DNA from: Antechinus flavipes
Lineage: Eukaryota
Direction: 5' to 3'
DNA: 64,000 nt
Assembly (NCBI RefSeq): GCF_016432865.1
Contig: NC_067401.1
Coordinates: forward strand, 191,394,001-191,458,000
A model generated the notes under the pieces. That model made no database searches and was not told the DNA's origin. It worked only from the letters and a program-made list of their open reading frames with translations. Below, piece after piece: positions 1 to 11,199 of this stretch. The stretch's first letter is position 1; each line of letters begins with the position of its first letter. The translations under genes were made by a program, and so were the position numbers.

Positions 1-127
1 TCGCTTAGTACAATGAATGACATAAATATTAGCTATTAATTACTATTATGAAAATGAAAGGTGATGTAAAATTCAATTCACATTCAGATAAACAATTGAT
101 GGATTCTGGAGGCAGATCAAAGCCTCC

Positions 128-128
<1 letters not shown>

Positions 129-162
<34 letters not shown>

Positions 163-170
163 CAGAGAGA
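129..170. repeat. (GT)12 followed by (GA)n microsatellite
   Basis: gtgtgt... 129-152 then gagagagagacagagaga, read directly. Confidence 0.95.
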
Positions 171-479
171 ATGTGTATATAACCAAGTGGGTATGTGTGG
201 ATGGGGGTGTGGATGGGGGGTGGGGGAAGTGACCTGTGGTTTTCCTCCTTTATCCACATGACCATTGTGAAAATGTTAACCTGACTGCACGTGTATAACC
301 TGTATCTGACTTGCTTGCACTCTTATTTTAAAAAATGAAGGTTGGGGGCAAAAAGAAAATTTAAAGGTTGGGATTAATTAGGTGGCTATGAAGAATAGCT
401 CTACTAACCTACGAGTCAGTGACCTCACAAAGCCTTCCCGTAATTGAATCTAATTTGCAACTAAAGGCAACTTTAGGAT

Positions 480-900
480 CGCACCTAGCGATCCGAGATC
501 AGGATTCGGACAGAATTCCATTTCTGCCTCTCGGGACCATTGACCTTGGGATGTCACCCTATTCCCGGCGGTCTCCGACAAGTAAGGGTCAATTCGGGAT
601 CTCCCAGAGCTGGGAAATGCACATCTGCCCGCCCCGATGATAAAACCACGGCTTTTCTTGGTCTTTGCTCAGACAGCTGGAGCCGTTCCCCGCCGCCCCG
701 GGGTGGGTGGGACGGCGGCGCACCTTTCTATGGCCGCTTTCGGCCCGCCCGCGGGGCCTTCCTAAGAGTGCGCATGCACTACAAAGCCGGCGGTTGCGCT
801 GGGGGAGGGGGAGCAGTATGCAGAGGTTGGGGCGGAGGAGGAGGGAGCTACAGTGGCAGCAGGTGAGAGAGAGAGTGAGCAAGAGTGGTTCCTAATGGAA
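480..900. promoter_or_regulatory. CpG island / promoter, probably of the upstream divergent gene (DAXX by synteny, coding part outside window)
   Basis: CpG-dense. NRF1-like TGCGCATGCA at about 769-778 followed by ACTACAAAGCC, a ZNF143-like CTGGGAAATG at about 610-619, and GC boxes. Gene identity is inferred only from human/mouse gene order DAXX-KIFC1. Confidence 0.6.
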
Positions 901-924
901 AATAGTCCCCTAGAAAAGCGGAGA

Positions 925-2535
925 GAGAAACTATTTTACAGATCTAGAAAAAATAACAAGATTCATCTGGAAAAACAAAAGGCAAGAATTTCAAGGGAAT
1001 TCATAAAAAAAAAAAAAAAGCAGCGATCATCTGAACCATTTGGTACTGGCTAAGAAATAGAGAAGTCCGATTCCTGGAATAGGTTAGGATCACAGGACAA
1101 AATAGGCAAAAATTATAGCAATCTAGTGTTTGACAAACCCAAAGACCCCAGCTTTTGGGATAAGAATTCACTATTTGACAAAAGCTGCTGAGAAAATTAG
1201 AAATTAGTATGGAAGAAATTAGGGCTCCACCCACACCTAACACCACATACCAAGATAAGATCTAAATGGGTTCATGATTTAGACATAAAGAGTGATATAA
1301 GCAAATTAGAGAATCATAGGATAGTTTATCTCTCAGATCTGTTGAGAAGGAAATTTGTGTCCAAAGAAGAACCTCATAATTGAATACCAGATAGATAATT
1401 TTGAATATATTAAGTTAAAAAGGTTTTGTACAAACAAAACTAATGCAGAAGGGGATTAATAAATTGGGAAATCCTTACATTTAAGGGTTCTGATAAAGGC
1501 CTCATTTCTAAAATAGATAGGGAATTGACTCAAATTTATAAGAATTCAAGCCATTCTCCAATTGATAAATAATCAAATGATATGAACAGACAATTTTCAG
1601 ATGAAGAAATTAACACTATTTCTAATCATATGAGAAGGTGCTCTAAATCATTATTGATCAGAGAAATGCAAATAAAGACAACTCTTAAAACACTACTACA
1701 CATCTCTCAGATTGGCTAAGATGGCAGGAAAAGGCAGGGAGGCATATGGGAGAGGATGTGGGAAAACTGGGACACTAATACATTGTTGGTGGAGTTGTGA
1801 ATGGATCCAACTATTCTGGAGAGCAATTTGGAACTATGCTCAAAAAGTTATCAAACTGTGCATAAGCAATGTTTCTACTGGGCTTATATATCAAAGAGAT
1901 CTTAAAGGAAAGGGACATGTGCAAAAATGTTTGTTACAGCCCTTTTTGTAGTGGCAAGAAACTGGAAACTGAGTGGATGCCCATCAATTGGAGAATGGCT
2001 GAATAAGTTATGGCATATGCATGTTATGGAATATTATTGTTCTATGAAGAAATGCTCAGCAGGTGATTTTCAGAGAGGCTTGGAGAGACTTACATGATTT
2101 TAAGTGAAATGAGCAGAACTAGAAGATCATTGTACATGGCAACATCAATATTACACGGTGACCAATTCTAAGATGAATGTGACTTTCCAACAATAAGATG
2201 ATTGATGCCAGTTCCAATGATCTTGTGATGAAGAGAGCCATCTACATCCAGAGAGAGGACTGTGGGAACTGGTGGATGACAAATAACATTCTCTTTATTA
2301 TTCGTTTGTATTTTGTTTTCTTACTCATTTACTTTCTTTTTTTGGTCTGAATTTTTTTCTGCAACGAGAGAATTGTATGAATGTTTGTACATATTGGATT
2401 TAACATATTTTAACATGTTTAACATATATTGGGTTGCTTGCCATCTAGGAGGAGGAGAAAATCTGAAACACAAGGCTATGGTAGGGGTGAAGGTTGTCAA
2501 ACTATCTATGCACATGTTTTGAAAATAAAAAGCTT
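925..2535 (+). mobile_element. 5'-truncated, degenerate marsupial LINE-1 (ORF2 3' part and 3'UTR)
   Basis: ORF2-like fragments (ccatttggtactggctaagaaataga = WYWLRNR; ctagtgtttgacaaacccaaagaccccagc = LVFDKPKDPS; aaaactgggacactaatacattgttggtggagttgtgaatgg = KTGTLIHCWWSCEW). Followed by a typical 3'UTR and an A-rich end at about 2521-2540. Contains frameshifts and stops. Confidence 0.9.
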
Positions 2536-2639
2536 AATAAGGCGGGGGGAGGCAGAAAAGAAAGAAAATCCGCAGGAGAATTCGGTAGGAAATAAGAGAG
2601 GGCGAGCTCTCTTCCTCTTGGGGGAGGGGAGACTAGCCA

Positions 2640-2914
2640 GGGACATACAGTGATTGGTATAGAGGTAGAGGCGGGATCTGTAATTGGCCACAAGCTGTTG
2701 GTGGTGTTTAATTGGCTGGAGACTCGCAGATTTGAATTTAAAAGCGTCTGGAGGCTCCGAGAGCCTCTTACTGTACCCGAGACTGGGAAGTTATGTACTT
2801 TTGGTAAGCCAGACTGTATTTTTGGTGGGGCAACCCTCACCGCTCCAGCCGCGCAGCCCTACCTTGCTACCCTATTTCCCCTCCGGTGCTTTCCTTCTTC
2901 CGCGCTGGGACTTG
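2640..2914 (+). promoter_or_regulatory. KIFC1: KIFC1 promoter/5'UTR with G2/M-type architecture
   Basis: Three inverted CCAAT boxes (ATTGG at 2653, 2683, 2711), GGCGGGA at about 2670 and CHR TTTGAA at 2731-2736, within a CpG island running into intron 1. Confidence 0.75.
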
Positions 2915-5900
2915 ATGGAACCGGAGCCTGAGCCGCAGGTGAGTAAATGGACCCGCGACGCGCGATTTCCGGCCTCCGTGTCCACTGGGGCTCGCCGCAG
3001 CCTCTCCCCGGGCCTGCCCTGAGCCCGCCTGCCCCTTCCTTTCCCACGTCCCAGCTCCTTTCTTCCTCTTTCCTTCCCCAACTTGCCCAGACATTCCGAG
3101 ATTAGGTGGGTGTCCGAGACTCCACCCGGCCCTAGAGTGGGTGTGGAGGAGGCAGTCTGGTCCCAGGTGGTCTCGGAGCTGTCGGGTTGCTTTCCCCACG
3201 GCGCGCGCGCGCGCGTACACGTACACTGTGTCCTTGGTAGAAAGGAAAGATCGTTTTCTTTCCCCTCACAACACACCTTTTTTGGGGTAAGAAACTGAAA
3301 CTGGAATCGGAGAATGATTTTTGAGTTTAAAAAGTGGGGAGGAAGGGATGCTTTGTAGCTTTAGTGTTGAGCTCCGTGCTGGCACATAGTAGTGCCAGTA
3401 AGTAAGTAGTAGTGCTTAATCCTTGTTGGTTTCCCTTGTGAATCCAGGGCTCGCTTTTCTGGTACCAGCGTGTGGCTCCAGGCAAGACTAGGCTGCCCTC
3501 TTTGCTGTTGGAGGGAGGTGGACGAGATAGCCTCCGGGATTTTTTCCAATTCTAAATCAAAGGTCCTCTTTTGTGGTCTTGAAGGTGGTACCTCACACTA
3601 TAAACCTCAGTTTGTCTAGACTCTTAATGGACATGATAAAATTAAGTGACTTGCCTGAGATCTTACCGGAGGCAAACATCCAGATCAGGATATGCCCTTA
3701 GGGGCTCTGGCGCCTAATTTAGAGCTCCCTTCTCTCTGACTAGGAATGGAGGAGAGGGGACTGTTACCATGAGGATATATATGGTACTAGGACATATGCT
3801 CTAGCACAAATTTCCTTACTAGAGCAGGACCAAGGTGTCCTGAATACAGGACAAGCCAGGTTTCAATAAATGGGGTTCATTTCTGTTGTGGGGAACATAA
3901 GTTACCTGATACATGATGGAAACATGGGTGTCCAGCTTTACAGCTTTTGGAGAAATCTCTAATAGTGTCCATAATGTCTTAAGGCAGCACATTTCATTGT
4001 TGAGTAGCTGAACTCTGCTTCTCTAATTTTTGCAGGATATTTCTTCCTCTAATCAGCCTTTCATTTATTTACTTCTTTTTCTTTCTTTCTGAGGCAATTG
4101 GGGTTAAGTGACTTTCCCAGGGTCACACAGCTAGGAAGTGTTGAGTGTCTGAGGTCAAATTCGAACTCAGGTCCTCCTGACGTCAGGGCTGGTGCTCTAT
4201 TCACTGAGCTACCTACCTGCCCCAGCCTTTTATATATTTTTAAAATGTCTTAGCTTCTCATCTTTTCTTCTCTAGATAAAATACCACAAATAACTTCAAC
4301 TGGAACTCATGATTTCTAGATTTTAGGATCTGGTTCCCCTCTTAGTTTTTAATAAAAGTCCTAGCAAACATCAAGTAGGATATGTATTGTCTTATCGAGG
4401 CCCTCAGAAATCTAAAGGAAAATGGTTTTATGCAAGGTTTCTTAAAGATCCTTTTCCAACTTAAGATAAAGGGAATGAAGAGTGGGAGAGTAGTGACTGT
4501 ATCCTGAATTTATAATGGGAAGAATAACTCTTTAGCTCCTTTAATAACAGTATCATTTCTAATATAGATTTTATCATTCTACAAAATACTTTACATACAC
4601 ATGCAAAATAAACCCACTACTGTTCAGTTTAAATTTGGGCTGTATTGAACTCTTCCTGCAGATTGAGGGCAGGGTGTTTGGATCCAGAAACAAGGTGGAT
4701 GGTTTGGAGAAGCCAACTATATATGGATTACAAATTTGTTCCAGTTAACTTTGATCAAGGAATAAGAGATTGTCTTAATATTTTGGAGATCATTTATCTT
4801 TTATTATCATGGGAAAATATCTTGCCTTGTGGTGTTTTTCATTGGCCCCTTCTCTATGAGCCCTAAATCTAGAAAAGGGGCTTTGGAGGAAGAGAGCCAA
4901 TCAAATGAGACATAGGTAAATCAATTAGCACAATGTCTCTGTTCATTGATCATTTTCTTTCCCCTCACAACACACATATTTTGGGGGGAAGACAACTGAA
5001 ACTGGAATCGGAGAATGATTTTTGAATTTAAAAAAAGGGGGGAGGAGGGGAGTGCTGGGGTGTCTTTTAATAAATATTCTTGCTTTCCTTCCCTTCTGTT
5101 TTCTTACTGTTAACTTTTAAGTCTAGCCCCTTTATTTTATACCTGAATTATGAGTTGGTTCCTAGCAGTCTTCTCTCCCTCTAATCCATGATACTATTAA
5201 GTTAGCCATATTAGAATATTCTTTGGTAAATATTGGCCTTACACAAAAACCTTTAAAAGATTGCCGTTATCTGGTGGATAAAAACCCAACTTTCCAGCCT
5301 TATATTCAGTGCCTTGCAAATAATCTGGTTCTGTCTGCTTGGGAAGAGGTGGGGTGTTTTAGCAGCCTGCCAGTTCAATGACATTTACTGGGTATTATTG
5401 CAAGGGAAAAAAGACTAATGTGGATGTAGACTGCATCAGTAGATGTGTAAACATTGAGAACAATTCATTTAAGTGTAAGAGATTTCAGAGAAGATACTAT
5501 TCGAACCATACCTAAACAAGAATTATTATCTAGCCTGTAGTGCTCTAGGTACTTTAATAAAAGGAAATCTATCTCCCAAGGCAGCCCATTTAATTAGATT
5601 TGTTAGGAAATTTTGTCTTATATCAAGCATGAATGTACTTCTGCACTTTTAAGCCATTGCGTCCACATAGTACTCTGCCCTAATTAGTCTATATTTGGAG
5701 TTTGGTTTCTAATTAAGGAGGCTACATTTGGGGATGTAAGACAAATTCAGATTTACCCAGAGAAAGGCAATAAGAATGGTGAAAATATGGTAGGCCATTA
5801 CATGTAATGATTAGTTGAAACAGGAATGTTTAACCAGGAGAGGAAAAGATTTGGGGGTGAACATTTAACAACCATTTAATGAATTGTGAAGGATTGTCAC

Positions 5901-8900
5901 ACAGGAGAGATTAAGGCTTTTTTTGTTTTAACCCCAGAGAACAAAAATAAGAATGTTCATTAAACATTACAAAATAAAACTATTTTTGAAAAGCTTTCTT
6001 AGTCCTTAGAATAGGCTGCCCAGAGGTAGTTTCTTTTCATACATCCCATTACTTGAAATGGGTGATCAAGAGACCACTTGGTAGGGATGTTGTAGGGGGA
6101 ATTTCTATTCATTTATTAGGTTAGCCTACTTGATCTTAAATCTATTCCAACTCTGTAGATTCATACCTCAACGATCTTATTTAAAGCTACTACACTCCAA
6201 ACTGTTTTACCCATTTCTGTTTTATGGAGTTTATTTTTATCTCTTACATTTGAACCTTACCTGAAATACCCTCCAAGGCCCAACTCAAGTCTTGTTTTCT
6301 TTAGGTCTTCCTTAAGTGTTCTCAAGCTTGATGATTCTTCCTTCTGAATTCTTATAGAACTTATTATCTATACTATTTGTTTACTAAAGGATATGAAGGT
6401 GTGTGTTATGATATCTGCAGAGAACAGAGTACCTGAATTAAAGAGAATACATTTATAAAAAGGAAAAGAATATCAGAATATATTTCAATATCTGTCCTAC
6501 TTCCCTAAGTAGATCATAAGCTCTTAGAAGACAGTGTCTCTCATTTTTATTTCCCAGTACATTATTTTTCTTGTAGTAAGCTTTCAGTAGACATTTGCTG
6601 CCAATAACAAAAGAGTTGCAGGGAGGCAGTTAAGAAAAATGTGAGACAGGAAATAAAAATGTAAGAGTGGTGGGGTACCCAGGAGGTTTGAGTGGCTTTT
6701 TTATTGTAGAAGTTATCACCAATGGAAAAAGGAAGCATGGAATTGAAGATGCCTTCAGACAAAGCCTCATCTTCTCGACTGCCTGTCCTAGGCCTTGGTA
6801 GAAAGAGAAGGCTAGATAAAGAGAATGCCCTGGAACCTGAGAAGGTGAGAATGGATTATAGATAACATGGGAGTCTGGGCAGAGAGAATAGAGGCCTGGA
6901 TTAGTTGGAGAAAATGGAGAGGCTGAAGAATTTCTTTTCTAAAATTATTCTCTTTAAAAAATATATTTTATTGCCTCCCAAATTAAATACAATTTTTAAC
7001 ATTCATTCTGTAAAACTTCTGAGTTCCAAATTTTCCTTCCCTTCCCTAATTCCCCCTTTCTTGAGATAATACATTAAGCAATTTGATATAAGTTATACAT
7101 GAAAACTATTCTTTCTCTTTTCTCAGAAGCGGATTCGAGGAACTGGAACAACTATACCTATGTCTTGTCTTAAGGTCCCCACTGTGGCCACTATGCCCAG
7201 GACAAAAAAACAGGTAACAGGTAAATAAACATCTGTAGGTTTGACGAATGAGAAAAGAATCCAAAGTTTCATCTTTTCTATTTCCTGTCATTATGTGGCC
7301 AGAGTGAATCTTGTCTTAGGTTTTATGTGCAGAAGGAGATGACCAAATCTGAGAGGAATTGAGTACATTTTCTCTTCAGAACATGAAGTCAGCCCTCAGC
7401 TAGCTCCCTTATCTCTTCCAACTGCATAGAAACTGACCTGAGGATCCTCCCTATTATCTTCTTCTTTACCTCCTCACAGCCCAGAAGGCTCCCCTGAAAT
7501 CTAGACCCTGGCATACTACAGCTGCCAGCACAGGTGAGTAGGCATCACCAGCTAGAATTCAGGGACAGGAGCATGAGTTGGAAAGGGAAGAATAATGGAG
7601 GCATTTAGCTCCTTGTGAATTTGGGCCTGATACCAGCTCTGCAGTTTATGCCTTAGGCAAGGTACTTAAACTTCTGGATCTTAGTTTTCTTTGTAATATG
7701 AGGGAAATCATTACCAGGTTCAGATTCATTGTTAATTACTGAATATTATATTATTTCTTATCTTTGTATAGATGTGAAGAGCAGGAAGCCAATATCTACC
7801 ATCCCCGCACCCAAACCTGGTAAGTGACTAGGATTAAGGAATATACCATGTGTATTGGGAAAAGAAGATTTACTGAGTATTCTACTATAGTAACTCATTT
7901 CTGTCCCCTTTGAAAAGGGGATAAGCAGGAGGGAATAGGAGGCAATGGTGTTTGTTACTGATTGAAAGGACAAGAGAATGGAGCTAGAGTTTTCACTCAT
8001 CTTGTTCCTTTTTCCCATTCCTAATTTCAGCAGTATCATCTACAACAGCAAGGAAGGGAGCTGGAAAACGTCCAGCCTGGGATGTGAAGGGACAGCTGTG
8101 TGACTTACGTGAGGAGTTCAGTGCCTGCCAGGTACAGGCTGAGGTTTTAACCAGGGAGAATTTGGAATTAAGAAGCCGGCTTGGACCAGCTGAACAACAA
8201 GCCAGAACTCTGGAGGCTGAGAACAAATCGCTGATTAGGGAGCTGACTGAGGCTCAGGCCCAAACTAAGGAAGATCAGTTGGAGCTGGTGAAGCTGGGTG
8301 CCCGGGTTCAGGAGCTAGAGGAATTTCTTCATACTCAGGAAAGCCTAATTCAATCAATGCAAGAAAAGCAGTTACAATTGCAAGAGGATCGAAAGGACCT
8401 TACCACTCGGCTAGAGATACAAGAGGTGAGTGACCCTGGAGTGGGCAAAGCCTCATCCTATATGCATTTGTATACAGTTCTTCCTCTTTTCTTGGGGATG
8501 TTTGAAGCTTGTAGCTTGGATGTGTGTCCCCCTCCCCTCACATTTTTCCCATAGCCCTCATCAGAGCTGAGGACTCCTCTCCTCAGTTTTGACCCTGCAT
8601 CTTTCAAGAAATTTCTGTGCATAATTAATTTTCCTTGCCTCATGCAGTTTTCTTGCAATTTGATTTTGATTTCATTTTCTCCTCTCTTGCCATCATCTCC
8701 TTTCTTCCATTCTACCTACATCTTTCCATTTCTCCTTCTGCATCTCTTTCTCATTCTAATTTCCATTTGGCTCCCTTTCCACCAGTAACTGTGTTCCCTA
8801 TCACACTGGCCAGTCTCAATTCTTCCCTCCACATTTCTGTTTTGTCTCTATCTCATGCCAGAAACAACTTCAAGAATCAGTGGCAGCCCTGGCCAAGAGT

Positions 8901-10903
8901 CAGGCAGAGATCACAGCCCAGGCAGCCTTGTTGGCTGAGAGGACAGAGAATCTGCACTGTCTTGAGATGGAGAGGCGGCATCTGCTCAATCAACTGCAAG
9001 AGCTCAAGGGTAACATCCGGGTTTTTTGCCGAGTCCGCCCTGTCCTGCCTGGAGAGCCTGCACCACCTCCTGGCCTCATCTTCTTTCCTCCTGGGCCTCA
9101 TGGAGACTCTCAGCCTTCTACTCAACTCAGCCTTACTCGGCCATCTGATGACCGGTGTAGCATCATAGGAAAGCTCCCAAGTCCTCCTATCCGCTATGAT
9201 TTCTCCTTTGATCAAGTGTTCCTTCCAGACAGCAGACAGAATGAAGTGTTTGAAGAAGTCTCTCTGCTTGTGCAATCAGCCCTGGATGGTTACCCTGTGT
9301 GCATTTTTGCTTATGGCCAGACAGGCAGTGGCAAGACATTCACAATGGAAGGAGGGCCAGGGGGAGACCCTCAGCTTGAGGGACTGATCCCAAGAGCTGT
9401 AAGGCATCTTTTTTCAGTAGCCAAGAAGCTGGAGGCCCACGGCTGGAGCTATACCTTTGTGGCTAGCTATGTGGAGATCTATAATGAAACCATCAGGGAC
9501 CTGTTAGTCCGGGCGGGTGGGGCTCAAAAGTGCCAGGGGGGTGAGTGTGAGATTCGACTGGCTGGCCCTGGAAGTAAGGATCTCATTGTCACCAATGCCC
9601 AATATGTCCCAGTTTCCTGTGAAGAAGAGGTAAGGCTTTGAAACTGATAGGTGGGAGATAAGATTGAGAGATAGAGAGACTGGAAAGTGGGAAAATGAAG
9701 TTGGGGGTGGGTGGAGGCAACAGAGGGTGGTGGTTATAGGAAAAATTTGAGGCTATGGGAAATTGTTGGAATTAGGTATAAGAGATTGGGAGCAGGGGAT
9801 TATTTGTTCTACAGAAATCAAGAGTTGGGGAAAGAGTGTATATGTGTGTCCCTTGAACAGATGTTGACAATGACAGTCTTGCTGTCCCAAATCAGGTGAA
9901 GTCCCTGCTTCATCTGGCCCGGCAGAATCGGGCAGTAGCTCGAACAACACAAAATGAACAGTCATCCCGAAGCCATAGTGTATTCCAGCTGCAGATTTCA
10001 GGGAAGCACATGGGGCAGAACTTACACTGTACAGCTCCTCTCAATCTAGTGGACTTGGCTGGGAGTGAAAGACTGGACCCTGGTTTGTCCACTGGCCCTG
10101 CAGATAGAGAAAGACTAAAGGAGACCCAGGCCATCAACAGCAGCCTCTCTACTCTGGGCCTTGTCATCATGGCCCTGAGCAATAAGGTAGGGACCAGGGA
10201 GATTATAGCTGAACCATTTGTTCTGAAATTTGAAAATGCTGACCTGTCCCTTTTAATGCCATCTTCCCCACAATTTAGGAGTCACATGTGCCCTACCGGA
10301 ACAGCAAGCTCACCTACCTCCTGCAGAATTCTCTGAGGGGCAATGCTAAAATGTGAGTGGGTCTGGCACTAGTGGGAACAGCAGCTGATACACTGTTGTT
10401 AAAGGGCCTTGGGGGCTGGTTATGAGTAACACTAATAGGTATGGACAAGGGAGAGATAAATGGCTTGGGAATTTTGTCCTTGTGCTTACTGACCCACATC
10501 TCCCCACCTAGGTTGATGTTTGTGAATATCTCCCCATTGGAAGAAAACTTCTCAGAATCCCTTAATTCACTGCGATTTGCCTCCAAGGTATGTCCCCTTC
10601 CCACTTCTGACACCGGCAGTTAGATTTTGACTTTTGTCCTATGGGTCATTGGCTCTTTGAAAGGCTGGGCGGGCCCCTTCATTTTTGCCCAGATTGCCCA
10701 TCAGGACTTCCCATAGCTCCTTTCTCTCCCAGGGCTTGACCAAGCTTGAGCACCTACTTCCAGATTTCCTTTGAAGGAGTTGTAGAACGATTGCCTCCAT
10801 GCCAAAGGAATTGTTCTGGGCCTGACAGAGGCATCTTTCTCTACTTTTCCCCTTCCAGGTAAACCAGTGTGTCATTGGCACTGCCCGAGCCAACAAGAAG
10901 TAA
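2915..10903 (+). CDS. KIFC1: Kinesin-14 KIFC1 (HSET), 11 coding exons, 667 aa
   Basis: Exons 2915-2938, 6710-6844, 7127-7220, 7480-7533, 7772-7819, 8031-8425, 8862-9629, 9896-10186, 10279-10352, 10512-10587, 10859-10903 total 2004 nt with consistent phases and GT-AG ends. Motifs: KGNIRVFCRVRP, P-loop GQTGSGKT, switch I SSRSH, switch II DLAGSER, HVPYRNSKLT; C-terminus VNQCVIGTARANKK*. Confidence 0.97.
4075..4222 (-). mobile_element. Marsupial tRNA-derived SINE (WSINE1-like)
   Basis: Reverse complement reads gggcaggtaggtagctcagtgaatagagcaccagccctgacgtcaggaggacctgagttcgaatttgacctcagacact...ctgggaaagtcacttaaccccaattgcctc with an A-rich tail. Confidence 0.9.
6950..7108 (-). mobile_element. L1 3'-end fragment in KIFC1 intron 2
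   Basis: Antisense L1 tail pattern (tattttattg...tttttaacattcattc...gagttccaaatttt...agcaatttgatataagttatacatg), similar to the element at about 56965-57530. Confidence 0.65.
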
Positions 10904-10986
10904 GAGGGCCAGTCTTTATGTCTTGTGTCTCTGGTTTTTATGTCTGTATAAAAGGTGGTATTTTAACGCATAATCATAAATCGCAA

Positions 10987-10992
10987 AATAAA
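10987..10992 (+). terminator. KIFC1: KIFC1 polyadenylation signal AATAAA
   Basis: First AATAAA after the stop codon, followed by U/GU-rich sequence. Confidence 0.7.
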
Positions 10993-11199
10993 TATCTTCT
11001 CACATGCTGTCACAGTACTTCCATGTGTTGGTTACTTTTGTTAAATTGCCCTTCTCCCCCACCCATCTCCACCTTGTTTTTCAGAAAGTGGATGGCCGAG
11101 TAGGGGATATTTAGAAATGAAGGTGATGTAGAGAACAAAGCAAAGATCTTTCTAGAAACTGCTGTCTTCCACAGCTTTCTCGGGAAAACTGGGGTGAGG

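Noticed and set aside
1712-1951. 79-aa ORF upstream of KIFC1
   Set aside because: A fragment of degenerate L1 ORF2, not a host gene.
480-2640. SMIM40 or DAXX coding sequence expected by synteny
   Set aside because: No matching coding exon was recognisable in the window, so only a promoter-level inference is made.
4075-4222. tRNA-like A/B boxes in SINE heads
   Set aside because: These are SINE internal Pol III promoters, not tRNA genes; there is no cloverleaf.
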